NCBI GenBank assembly: GCA_040756235.1 | Contig: JBFLZG010000145.1 | Span: 1 to 14,536, forward strand | Direction of reading: 5' to 3' | DNA: 14,536 nt | From: a bacterium | Lineage (GTDB): Bacteria; Desulfobacterota; DSWW01 | Shown: positions 1 to 6,761 of the stretch, piece by piece | Position numbering within the stretch: position 1 is the stretch's first letter | Layout of the letters: each line of letters starts with the position of its first letter | Made by a program: the position numbers and the translations under genes | The notes under the pieces: model-generated | Told to the model about the DNA's origin: nothing | Databases searched by the model: none | Seen by the model: only the letters and a program-made list of their open reading frames with translations

Positions 1-134
1 GCGTCCGTCACTGCTCCGACGCAATTTCCCGAGCCGAGCGGGAACCAAGCTGGTTGGGTGGGGCAAGGAATCATCTCGCTTCCCGAAGCCTCCTCAAGGG
101 CCGCCTTTCGTCTATGATGCCCGGCCCTCGTTCC

Positions 135-296
135 CGCGGGGCATTGTAGGGGGCACTGCTTGCTGCGCCCGTTCCGGGGACCGGCGGACATCCTCTTGTA
201 GGGGCGACGCACGCGTCGCCCTTTCCGGAGGGGTTACACCACGAACATCTGAATGACGGGGAGCAGGGACTGGACCCCGGCCTGCGCCGGGGTGAC
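135..296 (+). repeat. Composite repeat copy A: two GTAG-tagged palindromes, a conserved linker and a CGTC-type palindrome
   Basis: GTAGGGGGCACTGCTTGCTGCGCCC (146-170), GTAGGGGCGACGCACGCGTCGCCC (198-221), linker GGTTACACCACGAACATCTGAATGACGGGGAGCAGGGA, then CTGGACCCCGGCCTGCGCCGGGGTGAC. Homologous to 1529-1639 and 5246-5395. Confidence 0.9.
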
Positions 297-306
297 AAGA
301 TATGAA

Positions 307-1590
307 ATGGAACGCGAAATCCTCTATCTCAAGGTGCCCTCTTTCCCGGTTGCCCTGGAGCGACTGCGCAACCCTTCGCTCAGCGGGCGCCCGGTTGCGA
401 TCTGCTCCGCCGGATCAGGCCGGAGCCTGTTGCAGGCAGTTTCTCCGGAGGCACGCAAGGAAGGTCTCTCCAAGGGCATGCCCAGACGTGAAGCCGTGGA
501 GCGCTGCCCGGGGCTGCGTCTCCTTCAGCCCGATCCGACACTCTATCAGCGTGCCTCAGGCGACCTCTTCCGAATCGCTTCGGACTATTCTCCTTTGGTG
601 GAGCCTGCGCGGCCGGGTTCTCTCTTTCTGGACCTCACCGGAACGTACCGACTCTTCGGCCCGGCCCGGGACCTTGCCTGGCGGATCCGCAGAGAAATCG
701 AGGATCGCCTCGGCATGGAACCCCGCCTCGGCATGGCCACCAACAAGCTGCTGAGCCGGATCGCCGTGAAGGCCGTGCCCGAATCCGGGCTCTGCGACGT
801 TTTCCCGGGTGGAGAAGGGCATTTCCTCGGACCCCTGGACGTAGGATTGCTGCCGGCAGCCCGGCCCCTCCATCATGTCGAAAGACTCCGGGAGCTCAAT
901 ATCCGCCGGGTCGAGGAGCTGCTCCCGATCCCTCTGCCCGCGCTCCAGATCGCCTTCGGGTCTACGAGCATCGCCTTCTATCGTCAGGCCCGGGGGCTGG
1001 ATGCTTCGCCCGTGAGGCCTCCCCTCGAGTCCCCCTGTGTCACCGAAGAAGAGACCCTGCCCGACGAAAGCAACGAGGATGCCCTTCTGTTGGCCGCCCT
1101 GGAAGGGCTCGCGGAGGGAGCAGGGAGAAAGCTCCGCGCCATGCAGGCCCTGACCGGCCGAATGGAATTGGAAATCCAATACGCGGACGCCGTGCTCGAT
1201 TCCCGTTCGGTCCGGATCCGGCCGCCGACCGAGCTGGACGCCGGGCTCTCCGTGGCGGCCGGCCGCCTGTTCGAGCAGGCGGCCCGGCGAAGAGTGAGGA
1301 TCCGGAGGATGGCCATTCACTGCCTTCAGCTGTCGCCTCTTCCCCGACAGCCATCCCTTTTTCCGGAAGACATCCTTTCGCCCTTTCCCGTCCGAGAATC
1401 CGGCCCGGAAAACGAAAGGCTCCTGCCGGCGCGCCAGCGGGCCTTGCAGCAGGCCCTCGACGGGATCCGCGATCGCTTCGGAAAAGAGGCGATCCGGAAG
1501 GGGAGAAGTCATCCGGTTTCGCGCAGCGTTGTAGGGGCGACGCATGCGTCGCCCTTTTCCGGAGGATTACACCACGACCATCGGGAATGA
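307..1590 (+). CDS. imuB: ImuB-like / DinB-like Y-family DNA polymerase accessory protein, probably catalytically inactive
   Basis: Y-family layout is visible: ILYLKVPSFPVALE, RPVAI, VSPEARKEGLSKGM, VEPARPGSLFLDLTG, GMATNKLLSRIA and a C-terminal DGIRDRFGKEAI. The catalytic acidic residues are replaced. QPSLF resembles a beta-clamp-binding motif. The gene lies directly upstream of a dnaE2-like gene. Start taken as ATG 307; the in-frame ATG at 253 lies inside a repeat. Confidence 0.85.
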   Translation: MEREILYLKVPSFPVALERLRNPSLSGRPVAICSAGSGRSLLQAVSPEARKEGLSKGMPRREAVERCPGLRLLQPDPTLYQRASGDLFRIASDYSPLVEPARPGSLFLDLTGTYRLFGPARDLAWRIRREIEDRLGMEPRLGMATNKLLSRIAVKAVPESGLCDVFPGGEGHFLGPLDVGLLPAARPLHHVERLRELNIRRVEELLPIPLPALQIAFGSTSIAFYRQARGLDASPVRPPLESPCVTEEETLPDESNEDALLLAALEGLAEGAGRKLRAMQALTGRMELEIQYADAVLDSRSVRIRPPTELDAGLSVAAGRLFEQAARRRVRIRRMAIHCLQLSPLPRQPSLFPEDILSPFPVRESGPENERLLPARQRALQQALDGIRDRFGKEAIRKGRSHPVSRSVVGATHASPFSGGLHHDHRE

Positions 1591-1639
1591 CAGGGAGCAG
1601 GGAATGGACCCCGGCTTTCGCCGGGGTTACGGAAAGAGC
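1529..1639 (+). repeat. Composite repeat copy B, overlapping the imuB 3' end
   Basis: GTAGGGGCGACGCATGCGTCGCCC-TTTTCCGGAGGATTACACCACGACCATCGGGAATGACAGGGAGCAGGGAATGGACCCCGGCTTTCGCCGGGGTTAC, collinear with copy A. Confidence 0.9.
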
Positions 1640-1677
1640 GGCCCAAGGCCGCAGCCGCGTACGCGGGAACGACAACC

Positions 1678-4600
1678 ATGGTTTCCTTCACTCCCCTGAT
1701 CTGCCATTCCCATTTCAGCCTCCTGTGGGGCACGGCCTCGCCCGACGCTCTGTGCAGACGCGCGCGGGAAGCGGGCGTCTCGGCCCTGGGTCTCACGGAC
1801 CGGGAGGGCCTGTACGGCGCCCTGCCCTTCTGGGAAGCGGCACGGCAAACAGGCGTCCGGCCCATCCTGGGCGCTCACGTCCCGGCCGGCCGGGCGCCGG
1901 CCTTTCTCCTCGTGGCCGGGCCTCGAGGCTATCGGCGCCTCTGCCGCATCCTGACGCGGCACCATCAGGAAAACGGGTTCTCCCTGTTCGAGGCCCTGCT
2001 GCAAGACCGCAGAGAGCTCGTGGTCCTCAGCCCGGACACCGCTTTCCTGGAGGCCCTTGCCCGGGAATCGGGCGCCGCCCGGGACCTGGGCGTCGCTCTT
2101 TACCCGTACGGACCCCAGCGGGAGCGAATCCGGTTCAGCCTGCAGTCGGGCATCCGCCTGGTCGCAACCCCGCCCGTCTATTTCCTGGATCCGGAAGACC
2201 ATCCGCTTCACAAACTCCTCAGGGCCATTTTTCTCTGCACCAAGCTGGACAGGATCCCGTCGCACGAGACCGCGCCCGACTGGGCGTGGTTCCAGGATCC
2301 GGAGCGCTGGGAGAGCCGCTACCTCCACTGCCCGGAAGCCCTCCGGGGCATGCAGCACGTTGCGGAAGCGTGCGGCATGGACGAGCCTCCCTGGGGGCCC
2401 TGGGTCTTTCCTCCCTACGAGGGTCTCTCCGAGAGCACGGCCTTCGAGCGCCTGCGGGAGAAGTGCCGCGAGGGAGTGCTCAACCGCTACGGAGGCTTCT
2501 CGCAGGCCATAGAGGACAGACTGGCGCACGAGCTCGAGCTGATCCGCTCCAAAGGGTTCGCCACCTATTTTCTCGTTGTCCAGGACATCGTCCTGCGCTT
2601 TCCCATCACCTGCGGCCGCGGCTCTGCCGCAGCCAGCCTGGTCTCCTACTGCTTGGGCATCACCCACGTGGACCCCATCCGGCACGATCTGTTCTTCGAG
2701 CGCTTTCTGAACCCGGGCCGCACCGATCCGCCGGACATCGACGTGGATTTTCCGTGGGACGAGCGGGACGCGGTCCTCTCCTACGTGCTGGAGAAATACG
2801 GCCCCGAGCGGTGCGCCATGGTGGCGAACCACGTGGGGTTCGGGGCCCGCGCCGCCATCCGCGAGACCGCCAAGGTCTATGGCGTGCCCGAGTCGGAGAT
2901 CCAGGGGAAGCTCCGGCATCTCCGGCTCTTCTGGGACCCCAAGTACGCAAGGGAGATGGCCGGCCCGAAAGAGGTCGATCTCGGAGGCTGTTCAAAAATG
3001 CCCAGATGCAAGGCGCGCGAAGTCCCGAGGAATGAGGCGTACATTTCAGTACGCCGCAGTGACCCCGGCCTTCGCCGGGGCAGGCTCCCCGCCCCCATGC
3101 ACCGAGCCGAACGCCGCAGATGGGCGTTTTGGGACAGCCTCCAGGACCCGTGGCCCGAGATCCTGAAGTGGGCCGATCGTCTCGAGGGAATGCCGCGGCA
3201 CCTGTCCGTGCACTGCGGAGGCGTGATCGTCACGCCCGACCCCTTGCCCGAGCGGGTCCCGGTCGAGATGGCGGCCAAGGGCGTTCCGGTGATTCAGTGG
3301 GAAAAGGACGGGACCGAGGACGCGGGCCTGGTGAAGATCGACCTGCTCGGCAACCGCTCTCTGGCCGTGATCCGGGACACGCTGGCCCGCCTGCGCAAGA
3401 CCCGCGGGATCGACATCTCTTACTCCAGGCTCAACCCGCTGGACGACCCCGAGACCATGGCGATGCTGGCGCGCGGAGAGAGCGTGGGGGTGTTCTACAT
3501 GGAAAGCCCGTCCATGCGCCAGCTCCTCAGGAAGACCGGCAGGGGCGACTTCGAGCACCTGGTGGTCCAGTCCAGCATCATCCGGCCCGCTGCCAACGAC
3601 TACATCCGGGAGTACGTGCGCCGGGATCGCGGCGGGGCCTACGAGCCCCTGCACCCGATCCTGGGGCCCATCCTCGAAGAGACCCACGGGATCCTCTGCT
3701 ATCAGGAGGACGTCTCCAAGACCGCCATGGCCCTGGCCGGCTTCGACGCGGTGCAGGCAGACGAGCTGCGCAAGATCCTCTCGAAGAAGCACAAGCAACG
3801 GCAGCTCGCGGACACGAAGGGCCGGTTCTTCGAGGGCGCCCGGGCCCGCGGCGTGCCGGAGCCGACGATCGAAGAGATCTGGAGGATGATCCTGAGCTTC
3901 CAGGGATACTCCTTCTGCAAGCCGCACTCGGCCAGCTACGCCCTAGTCTCCTGCAAGGCCTGCTATCTCAAGGCCCACTACCCGGCCGAGTTCATGGCTG
4001 CGGTCCTCTCCAACCAGGGCGGTTACTACAGCACGCAGGCCTACCTGTCGGAAGCCAGAAGGATGGGGCTCGACCTTCTTCTTCCGGACATCAATGAGAG
4101 CGATCTCCCCTACGCGGGGTCCGGACGGGCCGTGAGGGTCGGGCTTATGCAGCTCAAGGGAGTTCACAGGAATTCTCTGGAAGCTCTCATGGATGAAAGG
4201 GAAAGTGGCGGCCCATTCCTGTCCATGGAGGACCTCTTCCGCAGGGTGGACATCGATCCATCGGACGTTCGGATCCTGATCAAGGCAGGCTGCCTGGACT
4301 CCGTGGCCCGGGGCCGCACGCGGCCCGAGCTCCTCTGGACGCTGCTGGCCCGGGAATCGGCCCGGAGGGAGAGGCGGTCGCCGAAGGGCCATCTGCGCGG
4401 GTCCGTGCGGGAAGGCGCCCGCGGGCTCCTGGGTGAACGGGCGGCCGGCTCATGCGGCGGACCGGAGATCCAGGACCTGTTCGAGCAGAGCCTCGTCCTC
4501 CCCCGGGCCCGGTCTTACGGCGGTTCTCTCCTTCTCCGGCACGAGCTGGAGACCCTGGGCGTCCTCGTCTCGCGCCACCCCCTCGAGGTCTTTCAGCCCT

Positions 4601-5097
4601 GGCTTTCGAGATTCGACACCGTCCCCGCGGCCGCCCTGGCCGATCACGTGGGCGAGACGGTCACGGTCGCCGGCTGGTTCGTCACGGGCAAGACCGTTAT
4701 CACCCGCAAGAACGAGCCCATGGAATTCGTGAGCTTCGAGGATACGACGGCCCTCTACGAGACGACCTTCTTCCCCAGGGTCTACGACCGGTTCTACCAC
4801 CTGCTCAGCGACACCAAGCCCTATATGGTCATAGGCCTGGTGGAAGAAGATTTCGGCGTGGTCTCGCTCACGGTCGAGGACGTCATCCCCTTCGGGAGAG
4901 CCGGGGGAACCGCAGGTCAGAGCGGACAAGCGAAGCGGAGCTCCGATCAGTACATTAGTAGGGGAGCCTGTCCAAGGAATTCGGCTCCTGGAGGCTGTTC
5001 AGAAATGTCCAGATGCAAAGCGCACGACAATGGGGACCCATCCGAAGGATGGGGTGTCCGACCCTTGGGAGGACAAATCCCGAGGAATGAGGCTTAA
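1678..5097 (+). CDS. dnaE2: Error-prone DNA polymerase III alpha subunit (DnaE2-like, family C)
   Basis: N-terminal PHP domain (CHSHFSL, LTDREGLYG), GRGSAAASLV, LFFERFLNP, catalytic PPDIDVDF and KIDLLG, RHLSVHCGG, GILCYQED, YSFCKPHSASY, and a C-terminal OB fold (VAGWFV...MEFVSFED). There is no long DnaE1-type C-terminal domain, and the gene is adjacent to imuB. Confidence 0.9.
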   Translation: MVSFTPLICHSHFSLLWGTASPDALCRRAREAGVSALGLTDREGLYGALPFWEAARQTGVRPILGAHVPAGRAPAFLLVAGPRGYRRLCRILTRHHQENGFSLFEALLQDRRELVVLSPDTAFLEALARESGAARDLGVALYPYGPQRERIRFSLQSGIRLVATPPVYFLDPEDHPLHKLLRAIFLCTKLDRIPSHETAPDWAWFQDPERWESRYLHCPEALRGMQHVAEACGMDEPPWGPWVFPPYEGLSESTAFERLREKCREGVLNRYGGFSQAIEDRLAHELELIRSKGFATYFLVVQDIVLRFPITCGRGSAAASLVSYCLGITHVDPIRHDLFFERFLNPGRTDPPDIDVDFPWDERDAVLSYVLEKYGPERCAMVANHVGFGARAAIRETAKVYGVPESEIQGKLRHLRLFWDPKYAREMAGPKEVDLGGCSKMPRCKAREVPRNEAYISVRRSDPGLRRGRLPAPMHRAERRRWAFWDSLQDPWPEILKWADRLEGMPRHLSVHCGGVIVTPDPLPERVPVEMAAKGVPVIQWEKDGTEDAGLVKIDLLGNRSLAVIRDTLARLRKTRGIDISYSRLNPLDDPETMAMLARGESVGVFYMESPSMRQLLRKTGRGDFEHLVVQSSIIRPAANDYIREYVRRDRGGAYEPLHPILGPILEETHGILCYQEDVSKTAMALAGFDAVQADELRKILSKKHKQRQLADTKGRFFEGARARGVPEPTIEEIWRMILSFQGYSFCKPHSASYALVSCKACYLKAHYPAEFMAAVLSNQGGYYSTQAYLSEARRMGLDLLLPDINESDLPYAGSGRAVRVGLMQLKGVHRNSLEALMDERESGGPFLSMEDLFRRVDIDPSDVRILIKAGCLDSVARGRTRPELLWTLLARESARRERRSPKGHLRGSVREGARGLLGERAAGSCGGPEIQDLFEQSLVLPRARSYGGSLLLRHELETLGVLVSRHPLEVFQPWLSRFDTVPAAALADHVGETVTVAGWFVTGKTVITRKNEPMEFVSFEDTTALYETTFFPRVYDRFYHLLSDTKPYMVIGLVEEDFGVVSLTVEDVIPFGRAGGTAGQSGQAKRSSDQYISRGACPRNSAPGGCSEMSRCKAHDNGDPSEGWGVRPLGGQIPRNEA
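2983..3142 (+). mobile_element. MITE-like palindromic element, copy 1, in frame inside dnaE2
   Basis: Imperfect 27-bp terminal inverted repeats (TIRs) GGAGGCTGTTCAAAAATGCCCAGATGC / GCAGATGGGCGTTTTGGGACAGCCTCC. Homologous copies occur at 4987-5200 and 14452-14536. Confidence 0.8.
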
Positions 5098-5200
5098 ACG
5101 AGAGGCCCAGTGGACCCCGGCCTTCGCCAGGGCAGGCTCCCCCAGCCTCCAATTCCCTGAGTGCAACGCCGCAGATGGGCATTTATGGACAGCCTCCAGG
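4987..5200 (+). mobile_element. MITE-like palindromic element, copy 2, overlapping the dnaE2 3' end
   Basis: Ends CCTGGAGGCTGTTCAGAAATGTCCAGATGC ... GCAGATGGGCATTTATGGACAGCCTCCAGG. The internal CCCGAGGAATGAGGC is shared with copy 1. Confidence 0.8.
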
Positions 5201-5245
5201 CACGACGGAAATACCTGCACGGCGGGAGCCGGCGTCGCGATCCTT

Positions 5246-5395
5246 GCGGGGCCTTGTAGGGGCGCTGCTTGCTGCGCCCGCGCACAGGGGGCCAGCGGAT
5301 CACGTCTTGTAGGGGCGACGCATAGCGTCGCCCTCTCCGGAGCGGTTAGGTTACACCACGAACATCTGAAATGACAGGGAGCAGGGACTGGATTC
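5246..5395 (+). repeat. Composite repeat copy C, 3'-truncated
   Basis: GTAG palindromes at 5256 and 5309, then linker GGTTACACCACGAACATCTGAAATGACAGGGAGCAGGGACTGGATTC, followed by an abrupt switch to AT-rich sequence. Confidence 0.9.
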
Positions 5396-5434
5396 AGTCT
5401 GATATTTTACTTTAATTTATACTTCTAAGTGTCC

Positions 5435-6421
5435 TTATTTGATATCATTTATTTTATTTTCTCTGCGGAGCCGAGCGAGCACCTCCTGCATATCTGGCGG
5501 GAGAGGAGCTTCGAGGAGTCTCTGCTCGCCTGTTTCCGGGTCCTTGAAGCGCACGGTCGCGGCGTGGAGCATCTGCCTGGGGACATCCCTGAGGAGTGCG
5601 TACGAGGCGTCTTCCTTCCCATACAGGATGTCTCCGAGCACCGGATGCCCGATCTCGGCCAGGTGGATACGGATCTGATGGGTCCGGCCCGTCAGGGGCC
5701 GCGCCTGCACGAGCGCGCAACGTCGGAACCTCTCCAGTACCAGGAACTCGGTCTCGGCCCTGCGGGCCGCGCCGCCGGCTCCGCCCTCGGCGTCTGCCCT
5801 GCCTCCGGCCGAATGGCCGAGAGGCTTTTTCGCCCGAATGTCGGAAGCGCGCACGAACCGGTCGTTGCGGGGGTTGCCGTCCACGAGCGCCAGGTAGCGC
5901 TTTTCGACTCTCCCTCGGCGGAACTGCCCCTCCAGGGCAGTGGCCGCGCGTTCGGTTCGCGCCAGGAGTAACAATCCGCTCGTATCCCTGTCCAGACGGT
6001 GAACGAGGATGAGGCGATCCTCCGGGGCCCATCTGCCTGAGGCCCGGAGCAGACGCTCCAGCAGAGGGGCGACCGTTCCCCCCGTGACCCCGTGTGTGCC
6101 GTAGACCACGAGCCCGGCCGGCTTGTTGATGGCCACCAGAAGCCGGCTTTCCCAGATGATGTGCCCGGCCCCAAGGACCTCCGGACCCTCCGTCCGATCG
6201 AGGTGGACTTCGATCTGCTCGCTTCCGCGCAGTCTGAGCGAAGCCGTCTTGGTGCGCCGCCCCTCCACGAAAACGCGGCCGAAATCGATCAGGCGCTTGG
6301 CGTCCCGTACCGACAGGCCTGCCACTCCGGAGGCCACGGCTTTGGACAGCCGAACGTCTCTGAGCGACGGGCCCGCACGAAAGCGGCGGACGTGCGCCTT
6401 GGGATCCGACCGGTCGGACAT
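5435..6421 (-). CDS. RluA/RluD-family rRNA pseudouridine synthase with an N-terminal S4-like domain
   Basis: Motifs INKPAGLVV, catalytic HRLDRDTSGLLL, VEKRYLALV, TGRTHQIRIH, GHPVLGDILYG and RQMLHA. A GGAG RBS-like sequence lies 6 nt upstream of ATG 6421. Confidence 0.92.
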   Translation of the reverse strand: MSDRSDPKAHVRRFRAGPSLRDVRLSKAVASGVAGLSVRDAKRLIDFGRVFVEGRRTKTASLRLRGSEQIEVHLDRTEGPEVLGAGHIIWESRLLVAINKPAGLVVYGTHGVTGGTVAPLLERLLRASGRWAPEDRLILVHRLDRDTSGLLLLARTERAATALEGQFRRGRVEKRYLALVDGNPRNDRFVRASDIRAKKPLGHSAGGRADAEGGAGGAARRAETEFLVLERFRRCALVQARPLTGRTHQIRIHLAEIGHPVLGDILYGKEDASYALLRDVPRQMLHAATVRFKDPETGEQRLLEAPLPPDMQEVLARLRRENKINDIK

Positions 6422-6473
6422 GGGAAACTCCGCTGGCGGTCCGGGCGATCTACGCGACCCGGTACTCGCCAAC

Positions 6474-6503
6474 AAGAAACAACGAAGCGCAGACCCCTGT
6501 CAA
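6474..6503 (-). promoter_or_regulatory. Possible sigma70-type promoter for the pseudouridine synthase gene
   Basis: Perfect TTGACA (6503-6498) on the - strand, an 18-nt spacer, and only a weak -10 (TTTCTT). Confidence 0.25.
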
Positions 6504-6536
6504 CCGCGGCGCTCGAGGTTCGAATCACGGGATGGA

Positions 6537-6732
6537 GGGACTGGACCCCGGCCTCCGCCGGGGTGACGGAAAAGAGCACTGTGTCCCTCTCCGTCATCCC
6601 GGCCCATGCTGCGCAGCGCGTGCGAGCCGGGATCCAGCAGCCTGCCCTGAGAACGGCTGCAACAACGGAAAACAGGGACCGGATTCCGGCCTGCGCCGGA
6701 ATGACCGAGAAGAGAGGGGCCGTGGCCTCATT
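6537..6732. repeat. Cluster of three CGTC-type palindromes (BIME-like) between the kinase 3' end and the rluA 5' end
   Basis: GGACTGGACCCCGGCCTCCGCCGGGGTGACG; CGTCATCCCGGC...GCCGGGATCCAG (6592-6637); GGATTCCGGCCTGCGCCGGAATGAC (6681-6705). Confidence 0.88.
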
Positions 6733-6761
6733 CGCCGGCCGGCCGCCACTTCCGCCGGAGC

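Noticed and set aside
1..117. 3' end of an upstream gene such as imuA
   Set aside because: All three + frames are open at the window edge and none shows a recognisable motif, so no call can be supported.
232..249. GGTTACACCACGAACATC as a Geobacter-type LexA box (GGTT-N2-C-N4-G-N3-ACC, recalled consensus)
   Set aside because: It has two mismatches to that consensus, and the same sequence recurs downstream of dnaE2 as part of the repeat linker, so it is not promoter-specific.
2983..3141. Intein or self-splicing intron in dnaE2
   Set aside because: The insert is only 53 aa, lacks a terminal His-Asn followed by Cys/Ser/Thr, and shows no intron core. It is explained by a dispersed DNA repeat.
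135..5395. CRISPR array or integron attC array
   Set aside because: The repeats are long and separated by whole genes. There are no cas or intI genes in the window and no clear RYYYAAC/GTTRRRY ends.
5403..5445. Chromosomal dif site
   Set aside because: There is only a partial resemblance to one Xer arm and no convincing 11-6-11 structure.
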